From assembly GCA_030141605.1 (NCBI GenBank), contig JAQGDQ010000298.1, positions 62,001 to 126,000 on the forward strand: DNA of 64,000 nucleotides. The letters run 5' to 3'. The position numbers were made by a program, and so were the translations under genes. Below are positions 48,375 through 61,923 of the stretch, piece after piece. The number at the start of each line of letters is the position of its first letter. The stretch's first letter is position 1. Origin of the DNA: Tubiluchus corallicola (lineage: Eukaryota; Animalia; Priapulida). The notes below the pieces were generated by a model. The model did no database searches and was not told the DNA's origin. It worked only from the letters and a program-made list of their open reading frames with translations.

Positions 48375-50312
48375 CAGTTAAACCTCGTTATACTACCACC
48401 CCTTCCCCCTGATAACGCCAGCCTCATCATAATGCCAACTATTGCCGCGTCCCGATTTCCACAAAAAAATTATATTAAATATAGGGAATACCGGCAACCT
48501 CGCCTACAGCCATCCGCCAACGTATCTGCAGTGCCAAAGGTCTGTTTTGCATACCAAATTTACCCTGTCATAACACCAGCCAAAATAAAGTACAATGCAT
48601 TGTTGCCGAAAAACAGCCATTGTGTTGCAAAAACAACGACCTCTGAACAGAAAAAACAGCCATTGTGTTGCAAAAACAATGATCTCTGAACAGAATGCTA
48701 GGTTTGGAACGTGGGTGGACTGCATGGGTGCATAATGCTAGGTTGGGAACGTGGGTGGACTGCATGGGTGCATAATGCTAGGTTGGGAACGTGGGTGGAC
48801 TGCATGGGTGCATAATGCTAGGTTGGGAACGTGGGTGGGCTGCATGGGTGCATAATGCTAGGTTGGGAACGTGGGTGGACTGCATGGGTGGATAATGCTA
48901 GGTTGGGAACGTGGGTGGACTGCATGGGTGCATAATGCTAGGTTGGGAACGTGGGTGGACTGCATGGGTGCATAATGCTAGGTTGGGAACGTGGGTGGGC
49001 TGCATGGGTGCATAATGCTAGGTTGGGAACGTGGGTGGACTGCATGAGTGCATAATGCTAGGTGGGGAACGTGGGTGGACTGCATGGGTGCATAATGCTA
49101 GGTTGGTAACGTGGGTGGACTGCATGGGTGCATAATGCTAGGTTGGGAACGTGGGTGGGCTGCATGGGTGCATAATGCTAGGTTGGGAACGTGGGTGGAC
49201 TGCATGGGTGCATAATGCTAGGTTGGTAACGTGGGTGGACTGCATGGGTGCATAATGCTAGGTTGGGAACGTGGGTGGGCTGCATGGGTGGATAATGCTA
49301 GGTTGGGAACGTGGGTGGACTGCATGGGTGTATAATGCTAGGTTGGGAACGTGGGTGGGCTGCATGGGTGCATAATGCTAGGTTGGGAACGTGGGTGGGC
49401 TGCATGGGTGGATAATGCTAGGTTGGGAACGTGGGTGGACTGCATGGGTGTATAATGCTAGGTTGGGAACGTGGGTGGGCTGCATGGGTGCATAATGCTA
49501 GGTTGGGAACGTGGGTGGACTGCATGGGTGCATAATGCTAGGTTGGGAACGTGGGTGGGCTGCATGGGTGCATATGTCTCTTATCAAGAGACAGCAATAT
49601 TGTCCACCTGCATTAAAAAAATTTGTTAATGCTGCAAAAATGTACATATAACACATGTATTGTTGTGGGTATAATAATAATATACTATTTGTGACATATT
49701 AAAATTAACTAGGAAACAAAATATAGGCTACAGGCTGGAATGGCCTTGATATTTAATGAACCTCGCCCTACCGCCAAGCCCGCCATAGCGTGATACTCAA
49801 CTACGTGATACACTGTAGCCTAAACTGTATAAAAAGGTTTAGAAGTTACATGTTCAAATTTCTTCCTGGGATTTACTTGAAAGGTTCTTAAAAAACAAAT
49901 CAAATAATCAAATATCATGCTTCTTGCGGTGAACAATGAACCACGTGATTTCTTGTCAGTTGCCATTATGATTGTGTGGCACATTGACAATAGTACTGTT
50001 GTGATTGTATAATCTACAGTATAGCTTGCAAATAATCAAAACATGATGACATGCATTCTTTTGTACAACACGTGACGTGTGGCCAGCGGACTCAGCTTAA
50101 CACATAGCATCCTCTTACTCTTATACAGCTAGCATTACCTCGAGAGGCCGCTGGCACTAGTTTGGACTGCTGGCGGTACTTTCCAATTAAGCATACAAAT
50201 TAATTTGCTGGATGGCGGGTAACAGGGTATAACGGGGGTTACTTTTACATACGTTTGAATATAGCCATTTCGTTCCTGGCCACTTTGCAGGTGGTATAAC
50301 ATGGTTTGACTG
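48375..50312. mobile_element. Tigger/pogo-like non-autonomous element carrying a minisatellite
   Basis: TA|CAGTTAAACCTCGTTATACTACC ... GGTGGTATAACATGGTTTGACTG|TA imperfect TIRs. Confidence 0.65.
48694..49573. repeat. 40-bp G-rich minisatellite, ~22 copies
   Basis: Unit AATGCTAGGTTGGGAACGTGGGTGG(A/G)CTGCATGGGTGCAT. Confidence 0.97.
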
Positions 50313-50576
50313 TAGTAACTTTACCTTACAATAATACTATAGTTTAACATTACTGCGACTACCTCTCTTAATACCTTTGCTTGTACATGAGGTGGCATTG
50401 CACGAAATTTTGACAAAACTGTCGATAAAATTACACAGCTAAGTTTCTTATTTCAACCAGACAAATGTATTCCGTTCCAGAAATCTTTGAATCTCACACG
50501 TGTAATGCGATACCTCACACAAACCACATCAGACGCAAGGAAGGCTGTTAATGAACATGGCATTTATTTTTCTTAC

Positions 50577-50696
50577 CGATGGCTGTTGTTGCACAGCGCC
50601 TCTCTTCCATGGCGGCTGAGAAGCCCCACTAGCTGGCCCACTCGTCGGCTGCTGTCGTACCCAAGATGGCTGCTGTGGTTGTTGTTGCTGCTGTGG
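50577..50696 (-). CDS. Calsarcin/synaptopodin-like gene, Q/P-rich exon
   Basis: Acceptor atttcag|; PQQQQQPQQPSWVRQQ...QPPWKRGAVQQQPS; donor |GTAAG; 120 nt, phase 0-0. Confidence 0.8.
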
Positions 50697-50859
50697 CTGA
50701 AATTTTAATTATTCGTTTGTTCTATTAATAGTACTATTCACAACCTTCAAAGCTAAGATACTTTTTGGCAAATTATCCTTCTGTTTTAGGCACAGAGGAA
50801 TAAATCTGGATCGAGATTTTAAACTTATGAACTGCCATTGAAGATTCCTCTCACAAAAA

Positions 50860-53800
50860 CACCTTCTCCTGAAAAGGTCTATGAACACAACAGTCTGTTA
50901 AGAAATCTCAAACATTTTCTCCTGAAAAAGTCTATGAGCACAACAGTCTTTTAAGAAGTCTCAAACATTTTCTCCTGAAAAGGTATATGAACACAACAGT
51001 CTTTTAAGAAGTCTCAAACATTTTCTCCTGAAAAGGTCTATGAACACAACAGTCTGTTAAGAAGTCTCAAACATTTTCTCCTGAAAAGGTCTATGAACAC
51101 AACAGTCTGTTAAGAAGTCTCAAACATTTTCTCCTGAAAAGGTCTATGAACACAACAGTCTTTTAAGAAATCTCAAACATTTTCTCCTGAAAAGGTCTAT
51201 GAGCACAACAGTCTGTTAAGAAGTCTCAAACATTTTCTCCTGAAAAGGTCTATGAGCACAACAGTCTGTTAAGAAGTCTCAAACACCTTCTCCTGAAAAG
51301 GTCTATGAACACAACAGTCTGTTAAGAAGTCTTAAACATTTTCTCCTGAAAAGGTCTATGAGCACAACAGTCTTTTAAGAAGTCTCAAACATTTTGTCCT
51401 GAAAGGTCTATGAGCACAACAGTCTGTTAAGAAGTCTCAAACATTTTCTCCTGAAAAGGTCTATGAACACAACAGTCTGTTAAGAAGTCTCAAACATTTT
51501 CTTCTGAAAAGGTCTATGAGCACAACAGCCTGTTAATAAGTCTCAAACATTTTCTCCTGAAAAGGTCTATGAGCACAACAGTCTGTTAAGAAGTCTCAAA
51601 CATTTTCTCCTGAAAAGGTCTATGAGCACAACAGTTTTTAAGAAGTCTCAAACATTTTCTCCTGAAAAGGTCTATGAGCACAACAGTCTGTTAAGAAGTC
51701 TCAAACATTTTCTCCTGAAAAGGTCTATGAGCACAACAGTCTGTTAAGAAGTCTCAAACATTTTCTCCTGAAAAGGTCTATGAGCACAACAGTCTGTTAA
51801 GAAGTCTCAAACATTTTCTCCTGAAAGGTCTATGAGCACAACAGTCTGTTAAGAAGTTTCAAACATTTTCTCCTGAAAGGTCTATGAGCACAACAGTCTG
51901 TTAAGAAGTCTCAAACATTTTCTCCTGAAAAGGTCTATGAGCACAACAGTCTTTAAGAAGTCTCAAACATTTTCTCCTGAAAAGGTCTATGAGCACAACA
52001 GTTGTTAAGAAGTCTCAAACATTTTCTCCTGAAAGGTCTATGAGCACAACAGTCTGTTAAGAAGTTTCAAACATTTTCTCCTGAAAGGTCTATGAGCACA
52101 ACAGTCTGTTAAGAAGTCTCAAACATTTTCTCCTGAAAGGTCTATGAGCACAACAGTCTGTTAAGAAGTCTCAAACATTTTCTCCTGAAAAGGTCTATGA
52201 GCACAACAGTTTTTAAGAAGTCTCAAACATTTTCTCCTGAAAAGGTCTATGAGCACAACAGTCTGTTAAGAAGTCTCAAACATTTTCTCCTGAAAGGTCT
52301 ATGAGCACAACAGTCTGTTAAGAAGTCTCAAACATTTTCTCCTGAAAGGTCTATGAGCACAACAGTCTGTTAAGAAGTCTCAAACATTTTCTCCTGAAAA
52401 GGTCTATGAGCACAACAGTTTTTAAGAAGTCTCAAACATTTTCTCCTGAAAAGGTCTATGAGCACAACAGTCTGTTAAGAAGTCTCAAACATTTTCTCCT
52501 GAAAAGGTCTATGAGCACAACAGTCTGTTAAGAAGTCTCAAACATTTTCTCCTGAAAAGGTCTATGACACAACAGTCTTTTAAGAAGTCTCAAACATTTT
52601 CTCCTGAAAAGGTCTATGAGCACAACAGTCTGTTAAGAAGTCTCAAACATTTTCTCCTGAAAAGGTCTATGAACACAACAGTCTGTTAAGAAGTCTCAAA
52701 CATTTTCTCCTGAAAAGGTCTATGAGCACAACAGTCTGTTAAGAAGTCTCAAACATTTTCTCCTGAAAAGGTCTATGAGCACAACAGTCTGTTAAGAAGT
52801 CTCAAACATTTTCTCCTGAAAAGGTCTATGAGCACAACAGTTGTTAAGAAGTCTCAAACATTTTCTCCTGAAAAGGTCTATGAGCACAACAGTCTGTTAA
52901 GAAGTCTCAAACATTTTCTCCTGAAAAGGTCTATGAGCACAACAGTCTGTTAAGAAGTCTCAAACATTTTCTCCTGAAAGGTCTATGAGCACAACAGTCT
53001 GTTAAGAAGTTTCAAACATTTTCTCCTGAAAGGTCTATGAGCACAACAGTCTGTTAAGAAGTCTCAAACATTTTCTCCTGAAAAAGGTCTATGAGCACAA
53101 CAGTCTTTTAAGAAGTCTCAAACATTTTCTCCTGAAAAGGTCTATGAGCACAACAGTTTTTAAGAAGTCTCAAACATTTTCTCCTGAAAAGGTCTATGAG
53201 CACAACAGTCTGTTAAGAAGTCTCAAACATTTTCTCCTGAAAGGTCTATGAGCACAACAGTCTGTTAAGAAGTTTCAAACATTTTCTCCTGAAAGGTCTA
53301 TGAGCACAACAGTCTGTTAAGAAGTCTCAAACATTTTCTCCTGAAAAGGTCTATGAGCACAACAGTTTTTAAGAAGTCTCAAACATTTTCTCCTGAAAAG
53401 GTCTATGAACACAACAGTCTGTTAAGAAGTTTCAAACATTTTCTCCTGAAAAGGTCTATGAACACAACAGTCTGTTAAGAAGTCTCAAACATTTTCTCCT
53501 GAAAAGGTCTATGAACACAACAGTCTGTTAAGAAGTCTCAAACATTTTCTCCTGAAAAGGTCTATGAGCACAACAGTCTGTTAAGAAGTTTCAAACATTT
53601 TCTCCTGAAAAGGTCTATGAACACAACAGTCTGTTAAGAAGTCTCAAACATTTTCTCATGAAAAGGTCTATGAACACAACAGTCTGTTAAGAAGTCTCAA
53701 ACATTTTCTCCTGAAAAGGTCTATGAACACAACAGTCTTTTAAGAAATCTAAAACACCTTCTCCTGAAAAGGTCTATGAGCACAACAGTCTTTTAAGAAA

Positions 53801-53972
53801 TCTAAAACACCTTCTCCTGAAAAGGTCTATGAGCACAACAGTCTTTTAAGAAATCTAAAACACCTTCTCCTGAAAAGGTCTATGAGCACAACAGTCTTTT
53901 AAGAAATCTAAAACACCTTCTCCTGAAAAGGTCTATGAGTCCAACAGTCTTTTAAGAAATCTAAAACACCTT
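50860..53972. repeat. 53-bp satellite/minisatellite, ~58 copies (3.1 kb)
   Basis: Unit TTCTCCTGAAAAGGTCTATGAGCACAACAGTCTGTTAAGAAGTCTCAAACATT; intronic. Confidence 0.98.
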
Positions 53973-54312
53973 TACATTTGCCAGGAATTGTCAACACTAA
54001 CTAGTTGTAGACAAGTTGAAAACTGATTTCAAAAGATAAAGTAAAACTCTAATATAGTGTAAAATTTATTGAGCATTTAATCATAGAAATAAAGGATGCT
54101 AAGACACGTACTAAGTACTTTAGAATTAATTGTTAAATTTTGTCAGTAAAACTAGAGTACAAGCATTTATTACAACAACATAAAAGTTTTTCGGAAACAT
54201 TATGCCAGGAAATCCTGTTGAGTCAGCAGAGTGACTTTTTGAAGACATGAGATCCTGAATCACAAAAAATTAAAATAAGTGTAATATAGTGTCATTAAAA
54301 GTAATGCTGTAC

Positions 54313-54465
54313 CTTCTGCCTCCAAGGAGCACCACCAGATGGAGCTTGCTGCTGTTGCTGTTGCTGCCACGATGGTGGTGGTGGTGCACTCTGCTGCACA
54401 GGAGATGGTTGCTGTGGTTTCCTCCAGGGGGCACCATCTTGCACTGGTGGTGAAATCGGACCAGC
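54313..54465 (-). CDS. Calsarcin/synaptopodin-like gene, Q/P-rich exon
   Basis: Acceptor aaacgtag|; AGPISPPVQDGAPWRKPQQ...GGAPWRQK; donor AAG|GTACAG; 153 nt, phase 0-0. Confidence 0.8.
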
Positions 54466-55805
54466 CTACGTTTACAGCGAAAACATTAACTTACCTATAA
54501 TTATAATTCTTACCAAAAGTTAAAAATATCGTAACTCAGTACAAGAGGCAATAGCGTGTTAGTTTAATGGTGCCATCTACATTTTATGAAACCTTAGCTA
54601 TACCAAAAACGCAATTTTAACTTTTGCTGACAACAGGAAGCAAAAAATTCATAGTGGCATCAGAAATACCACTGCAGTACTTCAAAATTGACAGATTTTT
54701 TTCAATAGACACTAAAAACACTATCATAGAGTTTTAATGCACGTAGGTATGCGCTAACAGTGCTGCAGTCAGGTGCTCTTAAAGTAATTAGGAGGATGAC
54801 TGACAGGAGCTGCTTTTGGGTTTACTTTAGGGAAAATTATGATTAAATTAATGATGCTAAAACTGTATGAATAAATTAACATAAAGCCTAGAAATTGTAA
54901 TCAAACTAGAGTACAATAACAAACTGCAATCGTTAAAATTATATAGGCAATAAAGAAAGTAAAATTTATACATTTATTTAAAACTATAAATCAATCACAT
55001 AAAAAAGTTGCATAATCTTAACAGTGGAACAAAGTAAACACAGGCAAGAGTACAGACGATTGCAGTTAGAAACTTCACAGGAATGGTGCGGTTTCCACGG
55101 TAACAGTACGTTACATCCGACATGGTAGTTGTGAGAGAACCATCTGGCATCGTGAGCAGAGACAGACACAGATGTGTTGTGGGCTGCTTACCTGCTTGCT
55201 TATATTATAGTTATATATCATCAAAACGTCACTTTATGCTCTGCCATTCGTAGTGAAATCAACAATTTCTCCGAGTCATGTTTATTTATAGGAATTCGGT
55301 AACTGGCTAATTTTGTAACTTTATTATCTTCCTAGATGCGTTTCATTGTATCAAGGGCTTCATCAGGGACCGTAAACGATTGAACATGAAGCCTTTAGTA
55401 GGGCGAAACACGTGTAGAGCAAAAATTGTATGTTTAATTCTTCGAACATGCAACAGATGGCAGTACTTGTTTGTTTTGATTACTAATTACCAGTGAAGTC
55501 TTGCTTGAAAGTTCATTTTTATGCACAGTAGTTTTACCTTACTTTACTATTTTTACTACTACACAATTAGTAAATTAGTAAAATCCTATTATTATAAGTC
55601 TAAATTAGTTTTTATCAACTTTCTTGCATAATGCAAGTAGTGCTGTCAGAATCCTGATCTCATACTGTCCAAGGAGTTGACGTATCAGTCACAAACAAGA
55701 TAATCACAATACCATTAATTCTATTAAAATCAAATCTCACATTCTCACAAAGTTTCAACACTTCAGTATCAACGCTGCCACAGTGACCGTAATGATTATT
55801 CTTAC

Positions 55806-55906
55806 CTTTCCTGGCGGAGGGATGTAACCTTCAGTAGGTGGTGCACCCCTATGTGCCGTGGGCGGTGGGATGTAACCTTCTAGCGGAGGTGCACCTGGTT
55901 GCGGGA
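55806..55906 (-). CDS. Calsarcin/synaptopodin-like gene, Pro-rich exon
   Basis: Acceptor tttgtctag|; VPQPGAPPLEGYIPPPTAHRGAPPTEGYIPPPGK; donor AAG|GTAAG; phase 1 to 0 fits neighbours. Confidence 0.8.
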
Positions 55907-57009
55907 CTAGACAAAATGAAAGGTTGAATTATCGTTACACAGTTTGTTTTAACAAAACGTCATGACACATGCAATAGTATATATCACAATATAATGGATA
56001 GCAAAACGGAACGAAACGAAATGACAAAGTATAACTGTTTAGGATTAAACCACTTTCGTCTGATACAACTGCGTATCAATTTAAACTCAAAAAAACTTTC
56101 AGTGGTCAAAGGCATACTAAGATAACTTGTGAAACACTAAATTTTGACTTGGAATGATAAAACTTTTTACTTGCACACAAATACAATGAAAGATTTTGAA
56201 AATGCTACTAGCTCGTACATTACTATTCTACGTTTGTAAAAGTTTTACATGCCAACCAACTCGCTAATAAAAAGATGCAGTCAACAAAAGAAATAAAAAG
56301 GCACACAGCCATGGCTTGAAAGTCGATACGTGTCAATGAAAATAAAAAATTTGAACGTGATAAAAATAAACATAAATATACATTACCTAAAACTAATTCC
56401 AAATCATTATTAACTAATTATTAAGGGTAAGAAATCCTTATTTTGTTTGGTATTTCATAAGGATACAAGAATAAAGAGCTTAGTAAACACTGAAAGTATC
56501 AAGACTTTTTCCAGTTGCGTTGCCTTTATGATGAACGAAAAACAACAAATTTACAGAACTTTATGGCATTTTTTACATTATCATGTTGTTAATAAATATG
56601 CCTTCCCTTCCTGCCTCGGATGATAAATGTTGCGTTTTCCAGTCTTCAATTAAGTATTTTTGCAATGTTTACATAACAACTTAATCCAGGGTGAATTTTG
56701 AAACGTTGTCAGGTTTACTCAGCAGTGAAAACTCCTTTGCAATTTGTATTTTACAATTTTAAAGCGTTTCAAGTAGGTCATAGTCATAGTCAGTGATGTA
56801 ATGTGTTAATTTAGGCAACAGCAATGGATTAGAAATAGGTATACTTATTTGATTTTCAATTTAGGGGAATTCTTTTCTCGATTGTAGAACATATTTTCAC
56901 TAATAAGGTGCGTTTTTTCATAGGCCGTAATGTACTGAATGGAGCAATGCTCAAATGTTTCTCAGTTATCCGTAATTATATTGGAAGGGATGTAAATGAA
57001 CTACTACTA

Positions 57010-57737
57010 CAGTCAACCTCGGGTATAAGGTCCTCGCTTATAACGGACCACCGACACCGGTCCCGATTTTTCGTAATGTTTTTCCTTATAAAAATCTTCG
57101 TATATAAGGTACTCAGATATAACGGACTTCCGGTTATAAGGGATGATATCTTCAGGTCCCGAGTAATAGAAAGCCAGGTAAATTACCTCGCAAATAAGGG
57201 GGACCCTATGATCAAAAATTTTTTACATCCAAAAAAGCCTATGCCGAGACCCTGCGCGGGTCCGGACTGTATTCCCTTGAACTCGTCGTAGTATTCCTGT
57301 GGACCTCATTCGCCAGCGGGGGATCTAGTTTAACCCAGAAAAAGATGTCGAACTTTTTTGGAAACAAATGAATAACAAGCAAACTAGGAGCAAACTTGCT
57401 GATTAAGTCGGAGTAAAAATGTCCTAAAGACTCTGCATATTTGCATAAACATTATTAGCATAACTACCAGTAGTAAAATGGCTTGTAATTGGGATGAGTT
57501 TGAATAAACATCGATTTTTATGTTCAGTTCAAGACGATTTAATGTGTTTGCATTAAATTGGTATATTACATACATGGCGACAAACGGTTCATTGAGCATT
57601 AGGCTATCAGATGAGGTATATAGAGCTCGCAGGTTTAGATAACCCTCGGTCTGACTCAACTTTGGCTATAAGGGACATCGGATACAAGGGATGATTTTTT
57701 CCGGTCTGGAGGTGTCTCTTATATCCGAAGTTGACTG
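57010..57737. mobile_element. Tigger/pogo-like MITE
   Basis: TA|CAGTCAACCTCGGGTATAAG ... CTTATATCCGAAGTTGACTG|TA; internal repeated (T)ATAAGG motifs. Confidence 0.85.
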
Positions 57738-58715
57738 TACTACAGTTGCTTTACGTCCATCTTACAAACTGGATTCGATTTACTGAGTGTCAGAAATTCC
57801 GAAACTTTGTTTCATATATTATCACTGTAACTAATGGATACTAGCAAAGCTGTACAGTCTGTATCCATCATCATTTCTCAACACTTAGCTGATACGATTA
57901 TCTTCGAGAAAGGATTGTTCGTCGAGTTGTTTAATATTTCAAAATTTACTGTCAAGATAGTGCACACAATTGCAAGATTATGTCCAAAAATGAGTAAGAC
58001 GCAAGATTTATTCAAGATTTTTTTGAAAAGGTGGTTTATAACAAATAACTTGGTGACCAAAGTTATAGATATGCAATAATGAGTCTGGTCAGTAAACAGA
58101 GCCTCCAAAACAAATAGTGGTTTCATACGTCACATTACTCTGGATTTTTATCTCACTGACAAGCATTTCGAACTTGACTAACCTTAAAAAAATTATGTAC
58201 TAGTAAGTACTAGTGACAATGAATAGTAATGCTCTATTTGAGGCAATTTCGTGAAGGGTACATTCAGAAAATTAACAGCTGTTAATGTTAATCACTAAAA
58301 ACAATTTTCAGTAGTGATTTTAAGCACTTTCCTAACAGTGATCAATCACCTACACCCACCGATCTGATTCTGATCACACACACTTCATTGGGTAATCCAC
58401 AGATACGAAATAATGCATACAATACCTAAGCAAACCGGGAAGCAAAGCAAACAGTAAAACAAATAAGAGATACAACTGTTATAAAGAAACAGAACAAAAA
58501 GTGCTGAGTACCACAGAACAAAACAGATCTATTAGTGGATAATCTTAACACCACAAGCCGACATGCAAAACAGAAACATCTCCATAAAACTCAGACCACT
58601 AAGTGAACTTCTGTTTAAAAACCCCCGGTTAAAAAGCACTCAGTGACAATGGCAAACTGCAGTAGTGCAAACTAAACAATGTCAAAAGGGAGCGACCATT
58701 TGTTGTGCCTATGGT

Positions 58716-59107
58716 CAGGGCCTCATGGGGGAGGGGGATACTTCCTTGGGGCCTCACCTTCCAGGAGGGCTCGCGCTAAGGTAACATTTTTTCTTGCTTT
58801 ATGCTAACATACTGCCTCCTCTCTCCCTCTCTCTCTCTCTTGCCACATGCGCGCCGTTTGCCAGTATTGACAAGTATTAAGGACTGGTCTTGAGAATAAA
58901 GCAGTTTTTTTCAATTGTTCTTTCCTTTAACAACTGTAAAACTCCATATTTTCTCTTCGCAAATGCTTCTCCGGCATTCTCTAGCAGTTCAAAAATTTTC
59001 TGGGCGCCGACCATGGTGGCGCCCCCCCCCGGCGCTTCGACCCCCCCTCCCAGGGGGCCTCACACACCCCACTTCCCCGGGCCTAGCTTAGGCTGAAATA
59101 TGCCCTG
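58716..59107. mobile_element. hAT-type MITE
   Basis: Perfect 8-bp TSD CCTATGGT; CAGGGC / GCCCTG ends; GC-rich subterminal arms. Confidence 0.85.
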
Positions 59108-61923
59108 CCTATGGTTTGGCAAAGTGAACATATAGTCATTTAAGACACTAATAGGATTGGACTACTGCATAAAATCCACTTGCCATATTTGGTAACAATG
59201 CAAATCAGTATTCAGTATCTGCTGAGGTACTGTACAATATGGTCACGAACCAACATAGGGCATATCATGAAATTATCGACAACACGTAGTTGCTGATACA
59301 AAAGTCGTTACAAGTCTTGCCCCAGTTTGTCTCTAATACTCCTGCTGGCTCAGGTAACCCCATTTTTGTGGCATTAGTTACTTGAAGCTTACAGCAAGTA
59401 ATTATTAGCATCCGTATTTGTGAGTTACTCTCTTGACAACGATCAAATTTAAACATGAATAGAACTGAGAATAAAAACAAGCATGGCGTCTAAACTGTTA
59501 TAAAATGATAAATTGCTTCCTCAATTCGCTATTATGTAACTTTGACCACACGTGTGGTGAGTAAAGATGTCAGCTAAGTGAATGACAGTTAATTACATGT
59601 GTTACCTTTATTTGCTCAAACAACATTGATAATATAATTTTGTAATGATGACTACTGTTATGCACCCTGAACCCAGTAACTGCCATTTCTATAAATTCCG
59701 CTTAGAAATGGAGTAACTCAGAAATGTCCGGAGTACAGCAAAGTGTGCACAGTGCAAAGGACCACACCAACAATGTGCTCAAGCAACACTGAGTTACTGT
59801 GGTATACTGTTATACTGTATACAGTACAAAATTATACTGTTGGTAAATGTATATGTGACTGACAGTAAAACTGCCTCTAGATCGTTTCATACTGCTTTCA
59901 GTTACTTAGCTCATCAAGAAAAAATGCAAACTGGGTAATGCGGGCTCCTAGGCCAATTAAATGATGGGATCTCCCTCAGGTGGAGCCACCCTCTAACTCA
60001 TCCGTTCCCATCTTGAATATTTTCACTCGTGATATATTGTGGCAACATTCATACAGTTTGAAGTAAATTCATTACAAATTCTTTAAATAAATTAAAGCTG
60101 TCTTTTGTTTGTCAATAATACTATTGTTTGATCTTGCTATTTTACTGCTTATTGTAAAGCAAATTAGCAGATATTTCAACACAACCAGGGGTGAAAAAAA
60201 CGACTTTTTACCCAATATTACAAACTCTTGAGGGCCCTAGGTTGCAGCAGCTCCTTAGGATAATCAGGTCCCTATATTTATACATGACTAAAGTACTTCT
60301 ACTGCTTAATGACTCATCCTAGTGGATCAGCGTTCAAAACTTGTCACCATCATCAACATTAAATAAGCCTTGCTGCTGAGTGCTGGATTACTCGTGGACA
60401 GGCTGAATGCTGCTACACTCAGCCTTGCCTTAGAAACTGGCCAACATCAAAATTTGTCACATACCAACGTAGTGCCAAACATGTTATAGTAACGGAAGTT
60501 AATTTGTTTATTATTTGAAGACCGGTTCAAATGAATGTGGACCGGGGTGCAAAGCATCACCATTCAAAAATATATCAATGTTTTTGCTGCAAATAAAAAA
60601 CAAGACAAATTATTTTAAACAGCAGAGACCTTGAGAGTACATATAATCTCCCGTCTGTATTGTTAGGGGTCGCTGTACATCGGCGTGAGCTTAAAAAGTG
60701 AAACATAATTTGTTAATATGAAATGCTTACTTACTAATAAACAATTACATGTTCACGCTTGCAGAGCAAATTTTTGCATTAGTAGGCAACAGAGTCAAAA
60801 ACTACAAAGATGTCAAAATAGGAGCAAGTTTTACAGCAGCTCCACTGACAGGTAATGTACTTTAATAGAACAGAGTGTAGAAATGGGAGAGACAACCTTG
60901 TCAAGGCATTTGCTTGCAATAAACGAACATCAGAACTCTTCAAGCAACAACACATGAAAATTTTTAGAGCACACGGCAAATGATAATGAAATTCTATAAA
61001 TACTCTAAAAACTAATTTGCCAATTACTTGTGGCATTATGCAAAACAGGTATATACTTCTGTTTCACTGAGCAACCTGTAATTTAAGTTCTCAAGACATC
61101 TTGTTTTCAATTATTTTCACTCTATGTTTGCTGTAAGACGTTTAGGAATTCATTGTGGGAGGGCTTTACACAAAAAACACTTTTTAAACAGAACAAAAAC
61201 AACTTGAAATGGCAAGGAACTTCCGTTACATCACTATCACAAAAGCAGTGATTAAATAGAGTTTCACTTTGTTCAGGTGCAGAAATGGTTTAGTTATTAC
61301 AGATAAAGTGCATTCAGACACTTCCAATATCAGCAACAGCATTGATGTTGCCATATCAACAGCTTCGTCATGAACAAATCATTTTTAGTCACAAAGAAGT
61401 TTCGGGTGGTTGGAATGCCCCAGCACTTGTTCATATTGGTACTTGTGCATGTAACTACAAGTGTGTGAACACAGCCTTAGGGAATTATACGTTGAAAGAC
61501 AATGAACAGGAGGTAAAAAGAGCAAAAGGATCACAGGAATGACAACATAGTGTGTCAAGCAAGGTCAAATCAAGGTCAAATCATGGAAACTTGAAAATGA
61601 TTTGAACAAGAAGTAAAACAAAACACCAACTGAGTTTTGCAATGGGCAGAAGGCAGGCCGGGAACTGGTAAACAAACAGCAGCTAGACTAGCAGTGCTAA
61701 TTTCAGGGGACGGGGTGAGAAATTCTCTCAAATAGAAACAAACACCACACACTTGTCAGCAAAGACTTTGTAAAACAAAAACCAGTTACGTGTAATATGC
61801 TTAGGGAACACGTAAAAGAGAAGGCAAAAAGGCTGGAGAGATGCGGCACATAACGTTATAAACTGATATGGTACGTATAAATAAAGTTACAGAAAATAAG
61901 AGCGAAGCACAGAATCTTTATAC

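Noticed and set aside
55185-55205. Strong minus-strand donor CAG|GTAAGC suggesting a microexon
   Set aside because: No convincing upstream polypyrimidine tract or acceptor
60385-60428. Possible alternative terminal exon GKAECSSIQPVHE* on the minus strand
   Set aside because: Only a phase-compatible AG; too short and no motif support
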